A DNA stretch of 55,235 nt. Source: Nemertoderma westbladi. Its lineage: Eukaryota; Animalia; Xenacoelomorpha. Numbering within the stretch: position 1 is the stretch's first letter; each line of letters begins with the position of its first letter. A program made the position numbers and the translations under genes. The notes under the pieces were generated by a model. It was not told the origin of the DNA. It did not search any database and saw only the letters and a list, made by a program, of their open reading frames with translations. The stretch spans positions 1-55,235 of the forward strand of contig JAUCBJ010006961.1 in assembly GCA_032718475.1 (NCBI GenBank), given 5' to 3'. Of the stretch, positions 13,298 through 24,596 are shown piece by piece.

Positions 13298-13527
13298 TTA
13301 AAACCACAAAAAGTGGAAACACTAGCTAGTATACAAATAGGCCTACAGTTAAAAATCAAAAAATAATAGACATAAATTTGTTCCAAAATCCTGCTTGTAT
13401 AAAAATTATACTAAAACAAAAAATATTTGTTCTAGAACATAAATTTTTATTTTAATCAATAATTGACAGGTTCTATAAAAAGTGAAAGCACTAGCTAGTA
13501 TAAAGGTACAGTTAAAAATCCAAAAAT
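13298..13527 (+). repeat. About 170-bp AT-rich repeat unit (copy of 12062-12215) plus a partial third copy cut by the Ngaro insertion
   Basis: AAAAAGTG(G/A)AA..CACTAGCTAGTA occurs at about 12071, 13308 and 13477. Confidence 0.75.
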
Positions 13528-13620
13528 ATTTATTGGGTGATATTGTAGAATATTGAGCCCAATGTACTTTATGATGCAACGTGAGCATCCGCTCAGGGTA
13601 GAATATAAATTAATAAAGAA

Positions 13621-14600
13621 GCCGCATAATTCTGTGCCACATAATTTATTATACATTCTATTGCGAGCACTATCGCGTGAGTATACGCTTGCCGCACAAG
13701 TAATTTCATATTCTGTGCCGCATAATTAATTAAACATTCTATTGCGAGCACTATTACGTGAGTATACGCTTGCCGCACAAGTAATTTTATATTCTGTGCC
13801 GCATAATTAATTATACATTCTATTGCAAGCACTATTGCGTGAGTATACGCTTGCCGCACAAGTAATATTATATTCTGTGCCACATAATTTATTATACATT
13901 CTATTGCGAGCACTATTGCGTGAGTATACGCTTGCCGCACAAGTAATTTTATATTCTGTGCCGCATAATTAATTATACATTCTATTGCGAGCACTATTGC
14001 GTGAGTATACGCTTGCCGCACAAGTAATATTATATTCTGTGCCACATAATTTATTATACATTCTATTGCGAGCACTATTGCGTGAGTATACGCTTGCCGC
14101 ACAAGTAATTTCATATTCTGTGCCGCATAATTAATTAAACATTCTATTGCGAGCACTATTGCGTGAGTATACGCTTGCCGCACAAGTAATTTTATATTCT
14201 GTGCCGCATAATTAATTATACATTCTATTGCGAGCACTATTGCGTGAGTATACGCTTGCCGCACAAGTAATTTCATATTCTGTGCCGCATAAATAATTAT
14301 ACATTCTATTGCGAGCACTAATGCGTGAGTATACGCTTGCCGCACAATTTTATTTTACATTCTGTGCCGCATAATTAATTAAACATTCTATTGTGAGCAC
14401 TATTGCGTGAGTATACGCTTGCCGCACAAGTAATTTCATATTCTGTGCCGCATAAATAATTATACATTCTATTGCGAGCACTAATGCGTGAGTATACGCT
14501 TGCCGCACAATTTTATTTTACATTCTGTGCCGCATAATTAATTAAACATTCTATTGTGAGCACTATTGCGTGAATATACGCTTACCACACATTTAATTAT
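13621..14600. repeat. 81-bp tandem array, about 12 units, in the Ngaro 5' leader
   Basis: GTATACGCTTGCCGCACAA recurs at 13681, 13762, 13843 and onward to about 14574. Confidence 0.95.
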
Positions 14601-15089
14601 ATGTGCCACGAAATTAATTGTACATTATGTTACAAGCATTACGATGATCGGCGTATATATATGCTTACAACACAATTATTGATTACTAAAAACGAGTAAT
14701 ATGCGTACAATTAATGTTCAATTACACATCATGTTGTTGCATTATTGCATACATTTTTAGTCATGACACATTAAATTATGTAATCATTAAGCTTCTGCAA
14801 ATTTTCCACAAACGTATATTTACATTAATGGTGTCGCAATTAGTACAACAAATATAAATAATGCAATATATTATACATTCTTTCCCTGACATTATACATA
14901 TACATTATGCCCACTTTTGCTGACCAAGGACCAGAACACCCACGAAGGATAGACGATTGATAGCTAAATTCTAATAATGAAAGTCTGTGAAATCTCAGTC
15001 AGCCTGAACTAAAAAATCTGATATCATTCATCCACAGTATAACTACTGTGTACTCCTGCCTGCTGACCCCTGACTCCAGTCTCAACACA

Positions 15090-15263
15090 GCCTTAACACA
15101 GGGGAGCCCAGACTATCCTTCATAAATCATACAGCAATAAAAGTTGTTTATCCTGGTCTGACTGACTTCGCCTGACTGCCTTAACACAGGGGAGCCCAGA
15201 CTATCCTTCATAAATCATACAGCAATAAAAGTTGTTTATCCTGGTCTGACTGACTTCGCCTGG
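15090..15263. repeat. Tandem duplication of about 85 bp in the Ngaro leader
   Basis: GCCTTAACACAGGGGAGCCCAGAC...TGACTTCGCCTG occurs twice, apparently identical. Confidence 0.9.
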
Positions 15264-16061
15264 TAAACATGTTATCCCGTGCAATATCAGGAATAATAAA
15301 TATCTTTAAGGCATTGGGAAGTGAATCAGTTAGTCAATGATACAAGAAGAACTAATACTTCACTAGCGGACAGGTTTAGCGATTTGTTCCCTATATCTAA
15401 TAAATGGAACCAGACAGTTCAGAGGCTAGGCTGATATTATACATTGGTCGTTGACATTCCCACAAATAAATTCGGAAATTATCAGGATGTTGGACCGATA
15501 TTAACTATAAAGTACATGACCGCCACATATTATTATTATATTTGATTCAAATTACTTTATTGCATTAATTAATAATTAATTTAATTAAATAATTAATTAT
15601 TCATTATTGTACTATATAGCTCAATAATATAAACTCAAAATCTTTAACAATAATCGTAGATCAACCAAACACAACATTAACTACAACAATACAATACTAA
15701 TTTACATATTATTATAATAATTACTCAGTCTAATTTGATATAATCAATCGTCTCTCACCACTCACACATAACTAAATGTAACAATTTGCTTTAGAGTCTA
15801 GAGCCTTATACGACAAGTACTGTATAAGATATTATACGATAATATAAGACTAGGCCAAGAACTAGCTCAAGTCTAGCCCTAGTCATGTGTGTGTGCGTGA
15901 GTGTACCTGGCACTACTGGACTATTAAAATTAAAATTAAATTAAAATTAAATTTAAATTAAAATTTATTTCATTATTTTATTTAATCAATAAACATTTAA
16001 GTTAATAAATTTTATGAATACTGAGCTTTTATCATATTGCATATATGACTAGGCGAGGAAT

Positions 16062-17519
16062 ATGCCAGCTAAAAAACGATCTAGATCTGTGGTATTGAGG
16101 ACCACCGAGACACGTACTTATCCCAAACGAACTCGTACCTCAAGTTCGACTACAAATTCCAGAAATGCAATTTCTACTGAAACAGTTCGTGCAGTAGCCG
16201 TTGGCAGTTCAACAATGGAACAAGTGTCTGGAACAATTACAACAATTAGTCCAAGCGCCGGCGTACAAACTTCCCTTAATCAGACAATAGGAACTTCAGT
16301 TCCAAATAATCCACCTGGCAGTTTTGGAATCCCGAGTACCAGTTATCCTTACCCATACACCCCGATATCAACATCTACTCCAGGGTTTCCATACCAACAG
16401 CAACACCCAACGATGTACTATCCCACTGGATATCCGTCATTGCCTTACAACTTTTCTCAAGCTAATCTGATGGGACACAGCGTGCATCCAATGGTAAATC
16501 AACAGCCTCCTATGATGCACCCACCACCAATTCAATATCAACCAATTCTCCACCCTACAACAGCGCCGCCAGAATCAATTCCACAACCATCGAATGAAGC
16601 AACTTCTTTGGCAGGTGAGCCAGTTATTAATGTACAGGAATCATTATCGGGTTCAGGCCACAATAGGATAAATTGTAATTCACATATTATCCCAGTTGAT
16701 GCATTAATACCGTTGGACCTTAAGGAAAAGATATGGACGAATAAATATATAGACTTATCATCATTTCTAAATAATCCCATGGCACCTAAAACAAATAAAC
16801 GAATCCCATTACAGTTGTCAGCCAATAATACAGAACATGGAAATCAGCCTACTCTGATTTTTGATTCCGAGAATATAGTAAATGACATAACAACCTTCGA
16901 ACGATGGCTATTGGCATGGAATTTGTTCTCGGCAATTTATGAACAGAAGTTCCCAGCTGAGACAAAACATCTAAGAAAATACGTAACCATCGTGAAGGAT
17001 GTCAAGGACAATGGTGGGGCATGGCTCCTCTACGACGAACGTTTCCGACAATGTCGTCAGAATGAACCGTCAAGCTATTCGTGGGGTGTAGCTATTCAAG
17101 AAATAAGCCTCATGGCTACCAATAGGAAAGTGGGGGTGCTTGTAGTACCATTTGGTTATTGCCATATTTTCCATAAGGGTGGTAGATGCATTCATTGCGA
17201 TTACAGACATGAGTGTCCTAATTGCGGTTCATCCCATCGTCTAATGAAATGTCCTCACCCTTTGGCTAACGATACCGGTAATTATCTCCAACCCTTTCCA
17301 AGAGCCGGTTTCCACTCAAGAGGCCATCGTAGTACCTTCCCAAGAAGGGGTGGAAACCGGAGATATTACTTGCGTGGCCGAGGCAGCAATCACACAGCTG
17401 GAAGCGGATCCGGGGTCAACCGAGGTGGTAACCGTCGACCTGGGGCTGTGCCCGGAAGTCGTGAATTCGGTAATAACGGATCATCAAGACAGCCACTTAT
17501 ATCTTCCTACGCCAATTAA
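16062..17519 (+). CDS. Ngaro ORF1, gag-like protein with Cys/His finger
   Basis: 485-aa ORF with KIWTNKYIDLSSFL, WLLAWNLF, WLLYDERFR and the finger CHIFHKGGRCIHCDYRHECPNCGSSHRLMKC. Confidence 0.88.
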   Translation: MPAKKRSRSVVLRTTETRTYPKRTRTSSSTTNSRNAISTETVRAVAVGSSTMEQVSGTITTISPSAGVQTSLNQTIGTSVPNNPPGSFGIPSTSYPYPYTPISTSTPGFPYQQQHPTMYYPTGYPSLPYNFSQANLMGHSVHPMVNQQPPMMHPPPIQYQPILHPTTAPPESIPQPSNEATSLAGEPVINVQESLSGSGHNRINCNSHIIPVDALIPLDLKEKIWTNKYIDLSSFLNNPMAPKTNKRIPLQLSANNTEHGNQPTLIFDSENIVNDITTFERWLLAWNLFSAIYEQKFPAETKHLRKYVTIVKDVKDNGGAWLLYDERFRQCRQNEPSSYSWGVAIQEISLMATNRKVGVLVVPFGYCHIFHKGGRCIHCDYRHECPNCGSSHRLMKCPHPLANDTGNYLQPFPRAGFHSRGHRSTFPRRGGNRRYYLRGRGSNHTAGSGSGVNRGGNRRPGAVPGSREFGNNGSSRQPLISSYAN

Positions 17520-19127
17520 ATGGGACAAACTAAGGATATGGCTTGAAGGATATACAAAGGAGTTAATAGATTATCTACGAAATGGTTTTTTGCATGGTTT
17601 TAGATTACATTACCAAGGTCCATTAGTTACAACCATATCTTCCAACTCACTGTCCGCCAAGACTCATGCAATGGTAGTGGATCAGAAACTGACAAAAGAA
17701 ATCGAAGCAGGGCGAATGGCTGGGCCATTCAATGAGCCTCCATTCAAAGTGTATCATATAAACCCTATAGGTGTGCGACCGAAGAAAGATCCAAATCAGT
17801 ATCGAATGATACATGATCTGTCAGCCCCCTACAATGAACTGTCAGTAAATTATAACATACCACGGGACAATGCATCAGTGACTTATTATAAAGTTGAAGA
17901 TGCAATTGCTATTATACGTAAATTAGAACGCGGTTGCTTTATGGCCAAAACGGACATTGCATCAGCATTTCGGTTAATACCAATTTCACCTTTAGATTAT
18001 TATTTAATGTGTTCAGAATGGAAAGGTAAATATTATTATGATAAATGTTTGGAAATGGGGGCCAGTTCCAGCTGCTCAATTTTCGAGAAGTTATCTACAG
18101 CCATGCAATGGATTGGAAAAAATAAATTATTAATTCCAAACTTAGTCCACATTTTGGATGATTTTTTCATGGCTGCCAATGATCGAAACACGTGTTTAGG
18201 ACAACTGCAGGCATTTCAAAAAATGTGCCATGATGTAGGTATTCGTTATCTGCCGAAAAAACTATTGGTCCATTTCAGGTAATTACCTTTTTGGGTATCG
18301 AGCTAGATTCAATGAATCAAGTCGCCAGACTTCCTATTGAGAAGTTACAAAAATCGTTTTCGGTCATTAATAACATTAAATCTAAACGGTGGGTCACAAA
18401 ACGTGATCTGTTGTCAGCGATAGGATTATTAAACTTTGCCTGTCAAGTGATTATTCCGGGCCGAGCCTTTTTACGGAGGCTGATTTATCTGTCTACCACT
18501 GTTACTCGTTTACACCATCGAGTCCGACTAAAGAAGTGGGCGAGAGCCGATCTCAATGCCTGGGAAATGTTCTTGAAACACTATAACGGTTGTACAATGT
18601 TTATTGATGACTTCTGGACATCCAATGATACAATTGAACTCTTTTCAGATGCTGCACAAACTAAGGGTTATGGGGCTATTTTCGGGTCACAATGGTTTTA
18701 TGGTGAATGGCCTGATCGTTGGAAGGAGTGCAGCAATATTTCTCTTCTTGAATTGTACCCAATTATGTTGATGCTCGAGATTTGGGGCCCGCTGCTGATA
18801 GGAAAAAGGGTCATTTTCCGTACAGATAATGAAGGACTGGTATCAATTTTAAATAACAAATCCTCCAAGGACCACTATATTATGATATTGGTGCGCAAAA
18901 TTGTAATAGCATCAATGCATCATAACCTTTTATTCCGAGCCAACCATATACCCGGAAAGCTTAACTCTAAATGCGATCTTCTTTCACGTCTACAGGTAGA
19001 ATCATTTATGGCAATTTCCCCGAACGCCAACAAGGAACCAACGCTAATCCCTCGGGATCTACTGCCCAACGATTACTTCTTCGATACACACAACTCATTG
19101 ACGCGGCGTGGGAGGAGACTACTTTGA
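17350..19127 (+). pseudogene. Ngaro ORF2, reverse transcriptase/RNase H with a single 1-nt frameshift
   Basis: YRMIHDLS, MAKTDIASAFR, HILDDF, FSDAA, LLELYPI, FRTDN, HIPGKLN..CDLLSR. Adding one C near 18244 restores GIPLSAEKTIGPFQVITFLGIELDS. Confidence 0.9.
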
Positions 19128-19960
19128 TTTCATATGCAAACATATGGAGCAAGCTGCGATCGTTTCTATCGCAAACAATGAATACACAACTCACACTGCC
19201 TTTAGATGTAACAATGCTAGGGTGTTTTATTGCATATTTGGACTCGATCAACCTTAGTAGGGCTACAATTTTAAATTATATGTCGGCTATAGCCATGCCT
19301 CATCGATTACTTAATATGACAGACCCTACCAAATCTTTTCTTATTTCTAGAGCTTTGAATGGTTTAGGTAAATCCAATATATCGGTAGATTCGAGACTTC
19401 CTATCACAAAACCAATTTTATCACGAATGTTGCATGTGTGCAGTTCTGTTTATCCTGATCCTTATACTAACTCGTTACTTAGATCTGTATTTATATTAGC
19501 TTTTTATGGTTTTTTACGAGTAGGTGAATTCGCACCAAAAAAAGGTACTGACGAAGTGGTTATAAATAGAACAGATCTACAATACGACGGACCTAGACTT
19601 ATTATTACTATTAGAAAGTACAAACATCAAAAACACCCTTATGTACCAGCTAAATTAGAAATAACAAACAACCCTGAGCATAACCCAATCGGTATTATTC
19701 AGGATTATCTTGAAAAACGTCCAGACAAAGAGGGGCCGTTATTTATATGGCGGTCAGGTGACATTGTTTATAGGAACGAGTTTTTGTCAATGTTAACCAA
19801 AGTCCTTGGTTTTCTAAATTTATCTACAAAGCTTTATAAGTCTCACAGTTTTAGAATCGGCGCTGCCACAGAAGCGGCCCGGGAAGGATTATCTGATATT
19901 CAGATTAGAGAAAAGGGTCGATGGTCCTCTAATGCCTTCTTGAAATATATTCGTCACTAA
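18971..19960 (+). CDS. Ngaro ORF3, tyrosine recombinase
   Basis: GFLRVGEF (R), SHSFRIGAAT (HxxR) and GRWSSNAFLKYIR (catalytic Y); the true start is uncertain. Confidence 0.93.
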   Translation: MRSSFTSTGRIIYGNFPERQQGTNANPSGSTAQRLLLRYTQLIDAAWEETTLISYANIWSKLRSFLSQTMNTQLTLPLDVTMLGCFIAYLDSINLSRATILNYMSAIAMPHRLLNMTDPTKSFLISRALNGLGKSNISVDSRLPITKPILSRMLHVCSSVYPDPYTNSLLRSVFILAFYGFLRVGEFAPKKGTDEVVINRTDLQYDGPRLIITIRKYKHQKHPYVPAKLEITNNPEHNPIGIIQDYLEKRPDKEGPLFIWRSGDIVYRNEFLSMLTKVLGFLNLSTKLYKSHSFRIGAATEAAREGLSDIQIREKGRWSSNAFLKYIRH

Positions 19961-21495
19961 TATAGTTCGTGTAGAAAATTTATTTTCCTTCAATTTGAAT
20001 GGTACGAAACTTAATATTAATAATTAATTATAACATAAAATTTTATTCGAGTTAGATATACTGTATATAGCATGAGTTTATATAACGGTACTGTATTTAC
20101 AAATTTGTATTGATCTTGGTTAATTTTTTTTTTTTTTTTTTATATGCACCAGTTTGAATTTATATGTTTTTGCTTGGGTGGGGTCATAGAAATTTGCCAT
20201 TTCTATGCTGGGTCTATATACCCTCACCCTTTGAAATATATGCCTTCTTTACAAGGCACTTTCACCCGTTAAACAATTGATTCATATTTGCAAAGCGGAG
20301 CTGCGCAAAAAACAGGATAGCACGTCTGTATCATAAATATTTATTGGGTGATATTGTAGAATATTGAGCCCAATGTACTTTATGATGCAACGTGAGCATC
20401 CGCTCAGGGTAGAATATAAATTAATAAAGAAGCCGCAAGGTGGTGTAATGGAAAGCAAGTCTTATCAGCCACTGCTTATACTGATACAGTATAAATCAAA
20501 CAACAAAGGTTATGCAGCAATCTATTCGGCTTTCTTGACAGCCGATAACTTACAACCCTTCGGATGAATTCAGAATATTTTAACCCACCAACCTCCCCTT
20601 TCTTCCTCCATAAAATGTAATAAAGGTTGAGTCTAAATTATTTAATGATGTTTAACGGTTCGGTTATTGATCTCTAAATATTGATGTGCAGTTTATATAT
20701 TTCTATACATGCTATTCATGTGCATGATATATGATTACTATGCATGCATTGGGTCTATATACCCTCACCCTTTGAAATATATGCCTTCTTTACAAGGCAC
20801 TTTCTCCCGTTAAACAATTGTTTCATATTTGCAAAGCGGAGCTGCGCAAAAAACAGGATAGCACGTCTGTATCATAAATGTAGCCACGGGCGGAACTCAC
20901 AACCCTTTTTTGTATACTACAGTAATTTACTTCAGTAATACAGTACATGTCATGTTGTCAATAATAGGCCTACATACTCATCAATTTTATATGGAATGTA
21001 TAATTATATAGATCAAACAAATATTAATTTACTTAAGCAAACGTCTTACTATGTTCAACAAGATTGAAATTAATTATGACCTATATAATAATCACTAAAA
21101 ACTTGTATATCAAGTTCACAATTATTACTATTGGCAGTAATTAATAAGTAGGCTTCAACTGGTATGTTTATTTTGCCTATAGCTACCCAGTTTCCAGTCC
21201 TGGTATAAATAATATTCTAGAAGTCCATGGTTAAAACTGTGTTTTTTTTTTTAAATAAATAAATTTTTGTGAAAAAATCACAAAAAACGATATATTTTCG
21301 TTAAATATTAACCTATTTGAAATTTTTTACTACAACGTCTTACAGAGAGTGGTATAATTACTGTATTAAATTTTCAGAGCAAACGACCAAGCTAATCCTG
21401 AGAAAAATGTAATTTGTAAGGGAAAATACAACCCATACACTGCCCTTAAGGAGTTTGGTTTTCATATTTAACATATACACTGGCGCAGTACTAAC

Positions 21496-22749
21496 CTATA
21501 CCCTGATTTTCATCTCAACGCCATACAGGCTTTCGTTATGCGAGTAGGCAACCCAAGTAGGAGCTCCTCTCCAAATTGATGTCTCGTGAAGCAAAATAGG
21601 ACCAGTGAGGTGACTACAAAAATGAGGGCTTTTTAGGCCCTGTCTGTCGACGTAGCGTTCATTGCGACCATACCACCAGCCGACTGCATTGTTGTCCGGG
21701 TTGTCGGCATTGGCACTTAATCTACTGGTGGTGCATGTCCATCTAGAACCGGTATTATCTCGATCATAGGTAGTAAATTGACGATCAGAACCAGATATTA
21801 CACCCCTTGTAAGATCATCACCTGCTGTTCCATGAAATCCAGCAACATTCATAGTGTAGTTGGTCAGCGCCGAGCCAACACTGAAACTATCATATATAGC
21901 ATACGCATTGGTTGACTGATGATGGTACTTCTGTTTGCCATTTGCATCAGTTTGTTGGTTGAGATAAGGTATCCCACTTCCCCATTCCCCTGGGGGTTCC
22001 GTTAGAGTTTGATTACTAAACAAATACGCAATTGATACTCCTTGATTATAATAAAAAGGCGCAATCGGAACTCCAGAATACCAAAAATCTATTTTGAGTT
22101 GTACACCACCTTTACTGAGTCGAGAAATGGTTTCAAGGCCAAGCCAGAAGTTGCCGGAAGTGTCTCCAAAACCCTTAACATACTCATCCCAACCTTTCTC
22201 CCATATATTAGACGGTGTTTCATCAACATATTCCCCATCTTTCACAACCAAATGCGAACTCATGATTACCAACCAAGGGCCATAATCGTGCAACTCTCCA
22301 CTAACGGCTTGAAGTTTAATATAATCTTCTTCGCTCGAATCTTGCGATGTAGGGGGAATATTCATGAATGAATAATGGTCTTTATTCACTCTAAGCTTGT
22401 CAACATTACAGCGTATTTTACCATTGAGACCATAAAACTTATTCTCGACAATTTCATACCGCAAATCATATTCTTCTACACTTAGTGGTTCACGTTGTTT
22501 TGTGAGATTCTTTAAATTATCGCAGGGGTGTAGAATTTCGTCTAGCATTGTGTTATCTAACCCCCCTGCAACCTGTTTATATCTATCTATTGCCTCCGTA
22601 AGCAATGCTCTTTCTAATTCTTTTACTGCGTTATTTACTCTCGTAGTCGCCAGTTGTCTTCCAATGCAATAATATATATTGCAGAGGAGAAGGAGAAGCT
22701 TCATATTATCCATATTCATGTTTTTATTTGGAAAGTTATATAGTTGCAT
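21496..22749 (-). CDS. Secreted fibrinogen-related domain (FReD) protein
   Basis: Signal-like MKLLLLLCNIYYCIG; FReD motifs GPWLVI, WDEYVKGFG...NFWLGLETISRL, YAIYDSFSV, GTAGDDL, FTTYDRDN, GWWY and VEMKIR. Probable splice acceptor TTTCAG at 22766-22761; the start may be a downstream Met. Confidence 0.9.
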   Translation of the reverse strand: MQLYNFPNKNMNMDNMKLLLLLCNIYYCIGRQLATTRVNNAVKELERALLTEAIDRYKQVAGGLDNTMLDEILHPCDNLKNLTKQREPLSVEEYDLRYEIVENKFYGLNGKIRCNVDKLRVNKDHYSFMNIPPTSQDSSEEDYIKLQAVSGELHDYGPWLVIMSSHLVVKDGEYVDETPSNIWEKGWDEYVKGFGDTSGNFWLGLETISRLSKGGVQLKIDFWYSGVPIAPFYYNQGVSIAYLFSNQTLTEPPGEWGSGIPYLNQQTDANGKQKYHHQSTNAYAIYDSFSVGSALTNYTMNVAGFHGTAGDDLTRGVISGSDRQFTTYDRDNTGSRWTCTTSRLSANADNPDNNAVGWWYGRNERYVDRQGLKSPHFCSHLTGPILLHETSIWRGAPTWVAYSHNESLYGVEMKIRV

Positions 22750-22866
22750 TCAATAAATTCCTGAAATGTATGAGAATACCAAAATATATCAACTGACCAA
22801 AGATTACGTAAAAGTCTGTCGACTTATATCCAGGTGGATAGAAGTGGAGCAGACATTGTCTGACCA

Positions 22867-23035
22867 GGGCCGAGTAACTCAAAAAATCTTGAGATTGACC
22901 TTGAAATCCGCTTCAAGGTCACCTTGAAACTCAAGTTTTACCTTGACTAAGATTTGCTTGAGTTTCAGTCAAGCGGGTAACTCAAAGCAATACTTAGTCA
23001 ATGTGATACTTAAAATTCCAAGGCTCACCTTGATA
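22867..23035 (+). repeat. DNA-transposon-like terminus (TIR plus CCTTGAAA subterminal repeats)
   Basis: 22867-22906 is 39/40 identical to the reverse complement of 53254-53293. Confidence 0.75.
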
Positions 23036-23052
23036 ATTAAAGATGGACGAAG

Positions 23053-24248
23053 TGTAAAAGCTTTTGCGGAATTAGCTGGTTATTTTTCCCGCAAAGTACT
23101 CTGTAGTTGGTTTAATGGACATAAAAAGCCGTTTCCTTACTGTACTGGTGTTTTAGTGGACATAAAAAGCCATTTCTTCTGTATGTGTACTTTAGCGGAC
23201 ATAACTAGCAATTCTATGTCGGAATACGCTAAATCCTCTTGAAACAGTGTAGTTACTATGACGACAGCTAACAGCTGATCTGTACACGTGGAGCTTTTCC
23301 TTTGTTCTCTGTTCTTTCTTTGTTTGGTCAACCAATCAGAGCGTTTTTTGACTCTGTGTTGGAGATTGTATACAGAAACTCGTGCAGTTGAGTCAGTATG
23401 TGTATTTTGTCCACAGCCAGAAGACCGGCTTTGGAATCTCTGTGTTTTCAGGCTTTAGCCCAACCTTAGTAGGCTTAATCACAGAAACGTATATCTGTTA
23501 TCATAACAATTCATACCTTAACAAATCAATCATAACATAACTCACCTAATCATATTGTCAACTACAAACACCGCATTTTTACTGCTATTTACTGTCGGTC
23601 ATTAATTATATCGGTTGATGGAATATTATTATATTTGGATAATATCGATCAATAATCAGAAACCCCAATCTTCTTGATATACTGAAGGTTAGAGAGACCG
23701 GTTACATATAACAATTGCGACTTACATTAAAGTGGTTTTGGAGTGAATCTAATGCTATTTCATAGGCACTACATGAGTCGGTTGTTGTGCTCTTTATATG
23801 TGACTAAAATTAGTGAAGGTCGGCAGATCGGTGTGCAGCATTGTGCAGTAGTGTGTATGATTGTGACTGATAACAAAGCATCTCCTAAAGAATGCGCTAT
23901 ATACGTGAATCCATAGCCATCCCGTTGTGTCTAGTTTAAGTCATAACTCTGTTTACATATTTAGAGTGCCACGTCCTAAAGGAACTGTTAATATTTCCCG
24001 AAAGTGAATAATATTTGTCAGAGATTATATATTACGATCAGTCGAATAATACAGTAGGCCTACACCGCAATCAGGTTAGGCTTCCGAATCCAGTCTCCTG
24101 GGAATATCCAGCGGGTGAATGGTCGCGCATAGACTGGCTTTGGCTAATGTAGTGTATCAAATACTCGTCATAGGCTAAAGTCGATTTACAATCTAGAAGA
24201 CATCCAAATTTGGCAGGTTAAACTGCTAAAGGTCTGAAAGCGCGAACA
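23053..24248 (+). repeat. 5' LTR of outer BEL element (1196 bp)
   Basis: Direct repeat of 44642-45835, with roughly 16 differences counted by eye. Confidence 0.96.
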
Positions 24249-24596
24249 ATAACAGATATTGATTTCAGATTGCAGTGTAGGCAATAAATGCAGTTTAATA
24301 TTGTTCTGGTAAGAACAGTAACAGTTATTGCTTCTGTATTGCAGTAGGCAATAAAGCTGAAGTACCGGTCAACCGGTACCCAGTAGGCCTAACTACCTAA
24401 CTACCCGAACCGGTACTTACAGCAGTACAGGTACAGCAGTATTATTCGATTGTGATATTGTATACTGGTAGGCCTTAATATTTAATCAGGGACGGCCGCC
24501 CTGGTTTTTTATTGAGATTTTACTTGTTTCTGTCAGGTTTTATTTATTTGTAGGTTAATATTGAGCAGAAGACGTGTAAGCCTGCCCAGATTGTAC

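Larger units (their letters stand above)
13528..20879 (+). mobile_element. Full-length Ngaro-type (DIRS order) tyrosine-recombinase retrotransposon
   Basis: Split direct repeats A1 13528-13626, B1 20209-20338, A2 20339-20437 and B2 20750-20879. Three overlapping ORFs: gag-like, RT/RNase H, YR. No classical TSD. Confidence 0.95.

Noticed and set aside
13593-14345. 250-aa protein of 27-aa repeats
   Set aside because: The unit length is a multiple of 3 with one open frame, there is no unique domain, and the frame breaks in neighbouring units. Kept only as a repeat.
18971-19960. Phage integrase or bacterial contamination
   Set aside because: The recombinase overlaps RT/RNase H inside split direct repeats, which is the normal Ngaro layout.
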